Source: Octopus bimaculoides (taxonomy: Eukaryota). Taken from it: DNA of 64,000 bases. Of this stretch, positions 26,389 to 38,930 are shown piece after piece. The position numbers and the translations under genes are program-made. The notes under the pieces were generated by a model. It had not been told where the DNA came from and did not search any database. It saw nothing but the letters and a program-made list of their open reading frames with translations. Location of the stretch: assembly GCF_001194135.2 (NCBI RefSeq), contig NC_068982.1:41176257-41240256 (forward strand). Reading direction: 5' to 3'. Every line of letters begins with the position of its first letter. Within the stretch, counting starts at the first letter, position 1.

Positions 26389-27641
26389 TTGAGTTAGCAA
26401 GAAAGTAATTTTGGTTTTTTAGTGTGAAATAAAAATCCTTTTTTTTTTTCATACAAAGAATGAACTTCAATCAGTTATATATTTTCCATTTTGTTCAATG
26501 ACCTTTTGCCATCTTTCTGGTAACTTCATGATTCTGCAATTATAGAACTTCTGGCCCTTATCAGCCAAAAACTAAAGCAAGTGCAATTTCAGGTCATCAT
26601 CATTATTGAAAGTTTTACCATTCAAAGAATTTTGCAAACTTCAAAATAAATGGTAATCAGGGCTATATGGTGCATGTGACATCACTTCCCAAACAAACTC
26701 CAATAATTTTTCACAAGTTAGCAAAGGCATGTATGGTCTAGCATTGTCATGGTCAAACAGGATTCCTTTATGATTAGCCAATTCTGACCATTTTTCTTTG
26801 ATTGCTTTCTCCAGTTTCATTAGTTGTTGACAGTAAACATCTGAATTGATTGTTTGGTTCTTTGGAAGCAGCTCAAAATACACAACACTTTTGTAATCCC
26901 ACCAAATTGACAGCATGACCTTTTTTATGCAATTCAGCTTTCAATGTGGTCTGTGCTGGTTCATTATGTTTGGACCAGGATCGTTTTTCGATTGATGTTA
27001 TTGTAGACAATCCATTTCTCATCACCAGTGATGATTCGTTTAAAAAAAGGTTGATTTCATTGCGTTTGAGATGCATATCGCAAATATTGATTCATTTTGT
27101 TAAGTGAATCTCTTTCAATTTATGTGGAATCCAAATAGCGAGCTTCTTAACGAGTCTAAGACATTTTAAATGATTTTCAGTTAAGTGATACATTTAACCT
27201 CTCTGCAATCTCTCACACAGTTATATGATAATCAGATTCAATTATGGTTTTGATTTGGTCATCATCAACTTCAGTTGGTCATCTTTGAGTGAAAAATCTC
27301 CAGAACAGAATTTTTAAAACCATTTCTGACCTATCTGTTCTGTTAAGCAATCAACACCATAAACTTCACATATCTCTTTGTGAACCTCAGCAGCTTTCTT
27401 GCCTTTACAGAAACAAAAAAGCAAAATATGGTGAAAATGTTCATTTTTGCACTCTGTGTTAAAATTGATGCTGAACTAACAGCTGTAAACAAAATTACAT
27501 GCAATTTGCTTCTAAAGTAAGCTAAAAGTAACGGCTATCAAATGTGAAAAGGAAAAAAATCACAACATTGTAAAAAGTCATTCAAAAAAATCGTATCTCT
27601 ATCTATTTGTGAAAAACAAAATTACTTTCTTGCCAACCCAA
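26389..27641 (-). mobile_element. Full-length decayed mariner (Mos1-like) element, 1253 bp
   Basis: Matching TIRs (ttgagttagcaagaaagtaattttggttttt / aaaaacaaaattactttcttgccaacccaa) with TA on both sides. Transposase remnants EHFHHILLF...KWF, MLSIWWDYK...HDNARP and HAPYSPDYHLF, broken by stops and frameshifts. Confidence 0.92.
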
Positions 27642-27684
27642 TATAATATATATAAAAAATTTTTTTTTCTTTTTCTTTTTCTAG

Positions 27685-27788
27685 GATATTTACAATATTT
27701 AGCAGATCCTTACCCCTTGATGTTGCATGCAGAGTTTGGGATGTTTTTTGCCGAGATGGAGAAGAATTTTTATTCAGAACTGCCTTGG
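27685..27788 (+). CDS. TBC1D14: TBC1D14-like exon ([35 protein letters not shown])
   Basis: ttctag acceptor and gtgagt donor. SLPLDxACRxWDVF motif. Phase 2 to 1. Confidence 0.97.
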
Positions 27789-29771
27789 GTGAGTAATATT
27801 CACTTGTGTGTAAACACAAGATATAGACCAGTATGGTGTATGTGAATAGTTTTTTTTAAAGTCAGAATCCTGTTTACTTTGTCACATGGTCTAATCACAT
27901 GGTCTAATCACTTCATTAGAATTCTCTTAATTTCTCTTTGTTCTGTCTTCCTCTTTTATCTAAATATACAACTATGACTGGCATTCCATCAGTTACACAG
28001 ACATGTGTACGCTTTATGTAGTTCTCAAGGAGATTGTGTGACACAGAATGTGACAAGGTTGGCCCTTTGAAATACAGGTACTACTCATTTTTGCCAGCTG
28101 AATGAATTGAAGCAACATGAAATAAAGTGTCTTACTCAAGGATACAACACATCACCAGGAATTGAACTCACGACCTTGTGATCATGAGCCAAATACCCTA
28201 ACCATTAATTCACGCACCTTCAATATCTAAATATAACATATCACTAAACTTGGGTTCTTTAACATTTAAACCAACCATATCTGACTCAAATATTCAGCTT
28301 CTTTTATGTTCACACTGGCCAGATCTGGCTTCTCACACCTACCCCATAATGTCATTTTAAAACAAAATATCACCTCATTGAAATCTCTAAGTTATGAGAT
28401 ATTGCATGGTTAATTCAAAACAATGTGAATAAATAAGCATTACATTTGACTGAGTAATCTGAATGCTAAACAGTTAAAAAAAAAGTTCAGTGAGATATTT
28501 TTAGTGACACATTTGTGGTTGTTCTGCTTTTGGTTTTTTTTTTTTCTTCAGTTTCACATCATCTATTGCCATTCTCAAATGTTGCCTGCTATCTACCATT
28601 CCAGTTTGAATAAAGCATTTTTGTTGATCTAGTTCATATTGCCTTCTCATAGCTCAACAACTTCAACAAATATTGCTTAACCCTTTAACTGCAAAATTAA
28701 ATTTCATAGTTATTCTAGTACTGCTGTTAAATGTCTGCCAAAAAATAGAATTGGTATTTTCTACAAGTCACATTGCCTCAATAAACTTCATATATCTCAG
28801 CAAAAAAAAATATATAGTTTCTAATATGACATTCCTCAACAAAAGATAGAATAACATATAAAACTGTTTTTTTATAGTTAAGAGCAATGAAATTTTGAGT
28901 GGATTATCTGATTTCCACAGTGAAAGGGTTCTAATGTTAGGTTGTGATCAATATTTGATTGTGTATATCAAATTATTATATCATTTGCATCAAAATTGTG
29001 AAAGCACACCAGAACTAACACAGATTACTGTATTTTCCTTAATTCAGCATTCAGGTTAGTAATATTTTGAGAGTCATTGTTAATTCTTCTTCTATCTGTA
29101 CTACAAGTAATATTGAAAAATATTAAACACTGAAATGTGTTATCATGGAAATATAACTGGAATATATTTTAGAAAGAATAACAGAAAAGAGCAAATTATT
29201 GTAGTATATATATGTTGTATGTGATTGTTGAAAAATTATGTTATATATTTGTGATAAATTTCAGAAAGTCTTATATAGAAAACTGCACTCTTTCAATAGT
29301 TGTGTATGGTCTGTATTTGAGATGAAAGTTTTCTTGGGGATACTCCTTAATATTGCAATAATAACCTTTTATTAAGGGAGGTCGAAATCACATGATCTGG
29401 TAGTCTTGGCACTGGCGGTGGCAGGGATTTGTCTCCCTGCTAGCAATATAAAAAAGATTGCATTTTGTACCAAAAGCCAATATGAGAGTTTTTCCCATGG
29501 TAACTACTGCAGTATAGTTTGTTCTAATAGAACATTTAAGTGGAGATAAATAAATATTACCTTTTATTAAAATATACTAATGCTAACACTGGAATTCAGT
29601 GAGACTTAAAACAATCTGTTGTAAGTTTAAAATCTCCAGTGTATATTGTACTTTTCTTTCTCAAAAGTTTTTATTTGTTATTATCAAGGACTGTGATAGT
29701 ACATAATATTTCAATTTTCAAATCTTTATTTTCATTTTTATCCAACTGTATTTTTTAAAAATTTATTTCAG

Positions 29772-29974
29772 GGATCTTACACCTCTACCAAAATCTTCTT
29801 CTTGAAATGGATTTCATCCATCTTGCCCAGTTCCTTACCAAATTGCCAGAGGATATATCTTCAGACCAATTGTTTCGCAGTGTCCAAGCAATTCGGTTGT
29901 CTATTGATAAAAAGAAATTTGCTCAAGTACTTGCTGGACATCGAGAAGCAAGAGAGCGATCAGACTACTTTTGA
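29772..29974 (+). CDS. TBC1D14: TBC1D14-like last coding exon ([34 protein letters not shown]...RERSDYF*)
   Basis: tttcag acceptor, MDFIHxAQFLTxLPED motif, TGA stop at 29972-29974. Confidence 0.96.
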
Positions 29975-32033
29975 ATTTTTACTCATTGTGATCAAATTTT
30001 GTTAACTCTGTTGGACACTGGATTACCATTTTTGTATGCTCTGCTGGATAATGGATAATCTATTTATCATGCTGTACTGGACAATGGATTGTTCATTTCT
30101 CATTACTGGACACCAGAATCTCCTTCTGCACACACAGACTTGGATTAGAAATGTAACATATGTAATTCACTTCTAGTGATGCTAACCAAGCAAAGAATAT
30201 TACTTTATGACCATTCATCATTGTAGGGCTCTATGGAATTCATTGACACTTCTGCTTCTTAAAATAGATGAAACATTTCCCTTCACTGCAACAGAAGCAG
30301 CAAATTGTAATAATTTACTTGAACTACTCTTTCAACAGATGATGTTTACAATATCTTCCCTATTCCCAACATAATCACAGTTCCTTGAATAGGGGGCAGG
30401 AATATGTTTACAATATTCCTCTTATTTTGTATATGTTCCATTTTATTAGGAATTTATTTGTTTCTACATCATTTTTTTTTTCTAAAATTAATTTCTGCAG
30501 ATTTTTCTTCACTTCAGTTTGCCTTTATTACATTTTAAACATTTGATACTTAGATATCTAGATTATCTTTAATATTTATACTCACTGAGTTTTCCTCTCT
30601 ATTATATTTATTTTGTTTGTTTTTGGAATTTAAAAAAAAAATTTTCTGTGTTAAGTGCATTTTTTTTTAAAGTTGATACCCACCGTTATATCTTGTACCT
30701 GGTGTTTCTATACCAGTTTGAACATTGCTAAGTTGACAGCCATTAAAATTTTATCTTCTATCAGAATAAACCCATTAGAAGAAATTGTTGGAGGCCTTGC
30801 TGTATTACAAGAAATTTAATGCAACTATGATCCTTGCTAAAAAAAAAAAAAACTCTTTTAGAAATATGGGACATTTTGTGTGAATCATTTCTTCTGGTGG
30901 ATGTGTTCAAGACTGAAAATACAATGCCATATTTACAGGGTTTTATATACATGTATATATATATTAGTTGCTGGTATTTATAATTACTAATACTTTGCTC
31001 CTTGTCATTGTTGCTTATATTTAGTTAATGACAACAAATGATAAATGCCAATTCCTTAGAGGGTTGAATCTGGTTGTGTACTTCACTCAGGAAAACTGCT
31101 GTTGGTTGCCATTATGTATATTTTCCCCAACCACCCATCTCATTCCTAAAATATTAACTTGATTAACTCAATCAGTATTTTTTGGCCTACCTGTTGTTGC
31201 AATCACTAGACAATTAATTCTTCAGTAATGGCAATTTATATCATTTCATCTAATTCTAAGAGAGCAATAATCTGGCTAGTTTTGCTTTTTATGTTTACAA
31301 ATAAGAATTTTAAACCAATGTTCAATGTTTAATATTGGTTCTTAGACGACCAATGTTTAATATTGGTTCTTAGACGACCAATGTTTAATATTGGTTCTTA
31401 NNNNNNNNNNACCAATGTTTAATATTGGTTCTTAGACGACCAATGTTTAATATTGGTTCTTAGACGACCAATGTTTAATATTGGTTCTCTTTCCAACTTG
31501 TAAAAAACCCTGATGCTGTTATAAAATAATTTCAAGTTATCAAGTTATTCTGGAATAATCATTTTATTTAGCTTCTGTTAGTCAAACAAGCCGTTATAAA
31601 ATAACAAGATAAACTAACCTAGTTTGTTTGTTTTTGTTTTTGTTTTTTATTAGTTTTAATATTTACAGTTTATCCACTTTTATTTTTGTTCTTCAAAAGA
31701 AAATGAGAAAATGAACTGATGCTTCATCTTTTCTCTCTCTCTTTACTTTTTCCCTGTCTTATACACACATATGAAAAGGGTTGTGGACTATAGTTGTTAT
31801 TGTTTGTCTTTGTTAGTTGTCTGTTTGCTTTTATTTCCACTTGGTTTTTCTGATAGCAGACTACTTTGAAGATAAAACTTCAATGGCTACAATAATTAAC
31901 ATTGTAATATTTTTTCATAATTTGGAAAATGATTATGGCATTTCCTTTTCCAGTTTGAGATTACTTGTATAACATATTTGACTGTCACAAAGCAGTTAAC
32001 AATAATGAAAGGGCCTTTAGGCAGCTTGTTTTA

Positions 32034-32067
<34 letters not shown>

Positions 32068-32850
32068 ATACTAATAAAGGACTGAAATTCTATCTCTGAA
32101 ACATCTATAAAAACTTGATATTTGTGCTATTTTGTTAATTCTAATATTTCTGCCAGCAGATTAGCAGGATATATGCACTACAAATATGCCATATTTTTCT
32201 AGTTGGATGACATACCAAAACCTTCAATAATGTTGGTATATTTGGGCGGTGGGGTTCAACCTTGCCCTAACCAACAGCAGCTTGTTGGACTAGAAGAGAA
32301 AAATCATAAAAATATAAAAACTTTTCCATGTTTTACAAGTTAAATGACTGTTGATAAAACATGACATCTCAAACAGGTCAAGGAATTTATATGACTTTTG
32401 CTACAGATTGGCAGGAAATATTCCTAATAACATTAAACTATGAACAAAATATATAGCAATAGTCATTATTTCAAATGAAACCATTGAAAATTCCATTCTA
32501 TTTTTATTTTATTTTACTTGAGGAAATGTATGAAAAAAATTAATAATAATGCCTTGGTGATGCTGCTAATACTGTTTGGTTAGCTTTGTTAAGAGTGACA
32601 ACTGCTGGAGGCTGAAACATTGGAGCAGTGTGCTTCCCTCTTGCTGCATCACCACTTTTTCAGAATACTCACTGACAGCTGTGTGTGATTTTTTTAATGT
32701 GTGTTGTGTGTTTGCATTAAAGTTTTTACACACTATTTCATTGTTATCCAAATTTGTATTCTTTTATTTAAAAAAAAAAAAATTATGTTTTCCTTTCCTC
32801 CCATAGCATTATTATAAATTGTATAAATAAAGTTTTTTGATTTATAAGTT
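29975..32850 (+). other. Probable long 3' UTR of the TBC1D14-like gene, with a candidate poly(A) signal AATAAA at 32826-32831
   Basis: About 2.9 kb free of the SINE/MITE insertions that fill the introns. AATAAA is followed by a T/GT-rich tract. The end point is inferred. Confidence 0.5.
31313..31488. repeat. 28-bp tandem repeat (accaatgtttaatattggttcttagacg), about 6 visible units spanning a 10-N gap
   Basis: Identical units read directly from the sequence. Confidence 0.9.
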
Positions 32851-34181
32851 GCCAGGATGTGCAGCTGAAGATTCCCTCACCATTTGATGTGATAAAACAG
32901 TTATCTGTGAGTTATTTTTGCAGCAAATGCTTTGGTAGCAGCACTTCCGTAGAGCCTAGCCTTTCAGCTATGAAACCAACAATCCATTTTATCTCCTTGT
33001 GTTGCAACTGCCAATGTCCAGTGGTGCCAGATTACATCAGTTCTGCAGCTGAGCATGTCCAAATATCTTTCCATTATCAACCAGAATCTCTCTCTGTACA
33101 AGACAAATTAACAAGAATTAAAGTTTTACAATATTCTTACTAGCAGATTTGTTGATTGCTGTAATGATTATTTAAAATCAAAATCAAAGGAAAATTACTT
33201 TTTTTTTTTTTTTTTTTTTTGACATTGTTTCTTTTTCTGAAATGCTATTAATAATTGGTTGAAATATCCAATCATAACTTGAGGACTAATTAATATAATA
33301 CCAGATCTATCATTTCCTAATTGAAATGACAATAATGTTATTGAGGTAATAAAGTGAACATGACAAACCACCCTTACAGAAAGTCATAGCATAAACAGAG
33401 AAAAATCTACAGACATATTGAGAGAATAACTTTGTAAGTAAGCAAACATTCCTTATAACAGATAAACAATAGCACATTTATTGGATCCCTGTTCTTTCTA
33501 ATCTGCCATGGTCTATTTGGGCAGTAGTCTCAATCAATTGCCCAGTTTCTGAGGAGCACCTAAGGGAGTTAACTCTGTTGCAAGTATTCAAACCAAGTCT
33601 CCATAGTTAGATTTTATTCTACTTGTCTTCAAAAGTGCAGAAGCTCCTGGACTATTTGTTTACAGGGAAATACAACAAACATCACCGCCTATAGCTCAGT
33701 GCTATTTTTTTTTATATGGAATCACAGAATGTAAACATTCACACACATGTACATATGAAAGTTGTCTAAGAATTCATGAGTCAAAAAAAACATGCACCTA
33801 TATATATATCAATAGAGTGGATATATTAACGTATACAGTATTATAGCTCCATTTCGCATTGAGTATTAAACAACAGTACAATTAAGTAACACCACATACT
33901 CTTCAAAGTATGCATATGTGTGTGTATTTGTGTATGTATGCACATATATGGGTATAAGGGCATAAGTATATGGGTATATGTGCATATATATATATATGTG
34001 TGTGTGTATGTGTATGTATGCATATATATGGGTATAAGTGTATGTATATATATATATATATGCGTGTGTGTATAATAATTGATGAAAGCAACAAAAGATA
34101 GATTTAGCATTGATTCTTATTCAATACGATGATTGTTTCAACCCATCCTGCAACTGTCCATTATGGGTAGGATTTTGTGTC

Positions 34182-34218
<37 letters not shown>

Positions 34219-35983
34219 GATGGGCTTTGTACATTTTCTGCAGTTTCCATCCATCAAATTCATTCATTAAGTATTGGTTAACCTGAGGCTATAGTAGAAG
34301 ACACCCAACACTGCACCACAGGATTGAACTCAAAACGGCATGCTTGTGAAATGAAATTCTTAACCATACAGCCAAGCTTGCACCTAAAAACATATATATG
34401 GAGATATCCTTCCTATTTAGATATCTTAAATAATTTCAGTAAAAATGCTTTACCTTCAGCTATAATACAAACTCAATTAAATACACTACATATACATGTT
34501 AAATTCTTGATTCTTATAAGATTTATTTTTCCCCTCATAGCAACATACTTTCAAAACATCAAGATAGTTTTTCTATCTAAGAAGAAAAAGAAATAAAATT
34601 GCTTTGACTTTTTTTTTCTCTAAATGTTATCAAATTGTTACTTTCTTTTTCAATTTTATATTGTTCTTTCATTGAAATTTAATTTTAGATCATGAATTAG
34701 AACTTGTAATAATAAATCATTATGAATAGGCATGGCTATGCGGTAAGAAGCTTGCTTTGCCACCACATAGTTACGGGTTCAGTCCCACTGCATGGAACCT
34801 TGAGCAAATGTCTCCTACTACAGTTGCAGGCCAACCAAAGCTTTGTTAGTGGATTTGGTAGGTGGAAACTGAAAGAAGCCTGTCATATATATATATATAT
34901 ATGTTTTTGTGGCCAGGTTTTGGTCCCCACCACTGCTTGACAACAGGTGTTGGTGTGTTTACCTCCCAGTTTGGCCTATGAAATTGGTAGAATAAGTACC
35001 AAGCTTGTAAAAAAAAAAAAGAGTACTGGGGTTCAATTCACTTTCCTAAAAGTTCAAGATAGTGCCCCAGCATGGCCACAGTCTAATGATTGAAACAAGT
35101 AAAAGATAATACAATATACTAAGAGAAAATTATTGGCTTTTAATATCAACAAATTAGATTGAAAATAGGGGCCCAATAATGCTAAGTATCCGATAACAAT
35201 GCCACAGTCGTCATCATCATCATCATAATGGTTTTGCATATTTTTTTTTGTTCTTTTTCTCTTTCTTTGTGCTGCCATGTGTTAGACAGGTCTGCTTCAG
35301 CTCAGTTACTGACCATTTCTTGCAGTCTCCATTGTAAGATCAAACTTCACAATCTTTCCCTTGGTCTTCCTAATCTCAGAGAACATCTTGAAGAAATATG
35401 TTCTAAAGTTAAATCCTCCAGCATTTAAACTGGCGAAAATATTCTACCTAGTGTGTGCACAAACTGACCTCTCACAGTAACCCTACAGTGTCATTCTAAA
35501 GATTACAGTTACATTGTCAAAATCTCAAAGCTACAAGATAATGCATGATTAATTCAAAACTAAACAAATAAGCATTACATTTGACTGATTAATGTGAATG
35601 CTAAAGGGTAAAACTTTGGAAAAAATATTTAGAAAAATCTCTGCTTACTATTGCCAAGTATATGTATGCAAACTGGCCATATTTGGCCTAAATATTCTAC
35701 TTCCTTTATGTTGAAACCAGCCAAATATAGCCACTTACACCTACCCAATGATAACATTCCCAAAGTAAAGCGTCACGTCACAGGAATCTCAAAGCTACAA
35801 GATAATGCATGACTAGTTCAAAACAATGTGAATAAATAAGCATTACATTTGACAGTAATCTGAATACAAAAGAGTTAAAGTAAATACATCATTAAAAGGT
35901 AAATTTACTTTGGTATATGTCCAGACATAGCCTCCCTTATGGACATACTGTGTTCAAAAGCAATATATATATATATATATATA

Positions 35984-36212
35984 AATTTAGTAAATGGAGT
36001 AATACGCATATGTTAAATGAATTCTTTTATTTCCAACATTCGGTTAAAATGTCTTATGGTTAAGCTGGTTCCTATGTATTTCCCTGAAGCGAAGATTACA
36101 TCTTTATCAACATCACCTATTCCTTTGGAAGGAACCATTTGTAATCTTCAAAACATATGTTGGAAATAAAAGAATTCATTTAACATATGCGTATTACTGC
36201 ATTTACTAAATT
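35984..36212. repeat. 56-bp inverted repeat (1 mismatch) with a 117-bp spacer
   Basis: 35984-36039 compared with the reverse complement of 36157-36212. Confidence 0.92.
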
Positions 36213-36829
36213 GCCCAAAATTACAGGGAGTTTCTACCTCATAAACAGGAGTTACAGCACAGTCATTTTGTGATCTTTGCTACCCTGGTATCTATTAACC
36301 AATTTATTTTGTCGGAGTTAATTATTAACCAAGAGAAAATAAATACATATAATATCTATATGAAAGGGAGACAAAAATCATCCCAGCAGCAACAAAACAA
36401 GAATGCTAAATGCATTTTGGCCTCATTGGGTCTTGTCAATGGTATGTACTCACAACCAGCCACATACTTAGATGAAGTTTTGCCACCTTTGATAGATAGA
36501 AAAACAGTGAAAAACATTCACTGGTATTGCAAATAGCCACCCTTATTTTTTATGTTTATGTATTTGTTCTGCAAGATTCTTGATGTGAAATTGTGTTGAA
36601 ACAGATATTGTTATATTTGGGGATGGTCATATTCTTACCATTTATACACACACTATACATACTTGATCTTCACTTCAGCTTTATTATTATTATTCTCTCC
36701 ACAAATTTCAGGCCTTGTGCCTTTAGTAGAAAGGATTATTATTATTATTATTATTATTATTAAGGTGATTAGCTGGCAGTATTGTTAGCACGCTGGACAA
36801 AATGCTTAGCGGTATATATATATATATCC

Positions 36830-38930
36830 TCATCATCATCATTTAATGTCCGTTGTCCGTGCTGGCAAGGTTTTCTACAGATGGATGCCCTTCCTAATAC
36901 CAACGACTCCAAGAATGTAATGAGTGCTTTTACATGCCACTAGCACGGGTACCATTTGTATGACACGGGGGTGCTTTTACATGCCACCAGCATGGGTGCC
37001 CATTTGCATGACACCGGTATCTGTCACGACTGCGATTTTGCTCGGCTTGATGGGTCTTCTCAAGCACGACATAATGCCAAAGGTCTCAGTCATTGCCTCT
37101 GTGAGACTCAAAGAGCATGCTTTTCCACCTTGTCCTGTCTTCTTGGGACTACCTGTACCACAGGTTCTCTCCACAGTTAGAGATTGGCACTTCTTTACAT
37201 AGCTGTCCTCGTCCATGTGCATCACATAACCATACCAGCACAGTCGTCTCTCTTGATCCTTATACTCTGTCGAACATGCACATCCAGTGAAGCATACTGG
37301 CTTCATCTCTTTCAAGCCTATGCATGTCCTTGGTTGTCACAGCCATGTTTCACTGTCATGCAGCATAGCTGTTCGCAAACAGCCTAATCTTATTCTCACA
37401 GCAATGCTCCTGGAGCATCCACCTCCACTAATAACTTGATCACCTATCTACTATCTCTAGCTTGTCCCACTAGCAGTTGATGGAGTCTATTTTCTGCCCA
37501 TTTTCAGTGTTTATTGTACCTGAGCATCTTCCACATACAAAAGCTAGCTTTCCTGTTAACCTTCCTCTGATATTGCAGCACCTTTTATGTGTCCAAAGCA
37601 TACACTGGGTGCATCTTATGGAGTTTCTACCTACACCTTTTCTACAGACTGAAGGGGTTTGTGATTTGCCTTCTTATTTACTAAGACTTTGGTTTTTGCT
37701 AGGTTAACTCTAAGACCCTTTGATTCTAGACCTTACTTCCATACCTGGAACTTCTCTTGTTCAAGTAGTGATTCAGCTATAAGAGCAAGGTCATCAGCTT
37801 GGAGGAACTCCCAGGGGCAGCCTGTTTTGAATTCCTCTGTTATTGCCAAGAGGACTATGATGTACAAGAGGGAGCTGAGCACAAATCCTTGGCGAATATC
37901 TACTTGTACCCCCTGAATTCTTTGCTGTACTCAGTGCCAACCCTTGCCTTACTGGTAGCATCCCTGTACATGGCTTGTATAGCTCTCACCAGTCACTCAT
38001 CTATCCTTAGTTCCCACATTGACCACCAGATAAGGGATCAGGGGATCATGTCAAAGGTTTTCTCCAAGTCAACAAAGGACAAGTATAAAGCTTTATCTTT
38101 GGCTAGGTATTTCTCCTGCAGTTGCCTTATCAGAAATATAGCATCAATGGTGCTTCTCCCTGGCACAAAACCAAACTGTATCTCATCTAAGCCATTAATT
38201 GGGCTATGACTCTCTCTGTAACTTTCATCACCTGATACCTCTATAATTATTTCTTTCTAAGGCATCACCTTTACCTTTGTAACAGTTGACTATGGTGCTG
38301 CTACACCAATCATTGTGTATGACCCCTTTGTGAACCCCTGATTTTATAATACAGGTGACCCATACTGCCAGATATTTTAAGCATCTCAGCAGAGATTCTT
38401 GATGGGCTGGGGGCTTTTCCTGTCTTCTTATCCTTAATTGCTTTATCTACCATGGAACTGTTGACTTGGGCTGCTGGTCCCTCAACTGGGTCAACATTTG
38501 GCAGACTCTCCTCTTCTCACTCATTCTCTACATTCAGCAGTCTTTCATAATAGCATTTCCAAGCCTCTTTCTTTGCAGAATCATTACATGCAAGTGCACC
38601 ATCATCCATATGGACACAGTTCTCTCCTGTGATATCACAATTTTCTCTCACAAACTGTCGTGCAATCTGAAACAACTCAGTTCTTTCGTCCTCATATCGG
38701 CAAACTTTTTTTTTCTGGTTCTCCTTGGCTAGACATGCTTGTCTCCTAGCATGCCTTCTGGCAATCTGATACAGTTCCCTGCTACCCACATTCTTCCAGG
38801 CTTGTTTCTTAGCTCTAATGGCCCTGTCTACCACATCGTTCCACCACCACCACCCTAGGTTTGGATGGGACTTTACACCAGTTACAGATTTGGTCTGTGG
38901 CACTCAGCAAGCTGTCCCCTCAGTTGCCCT
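36830..38930 (-). mobile_element. 5'-truncated RTE-clade LINE, about 2.1 kb, with RT remnant and (GAT)n tail
   Basis: WWWNDVVDRAIRAKKQAWK, QFGFVPGRSTIDAIF..QLQEKYL, LQADDLAL (YADD position at about 37790-37802) and RLCWYGYVMHMDED. The 3' UTR ends in gatgatgat. Frame-shifted. Confidence 0.9.

Noticed and set aside
31313-31488. CRISPR-like appearance of the palindromic 28-bp array
   Set aside because: The linkers are identical and 6 nt long, there are no cas genes, and the context is eukaryotic.
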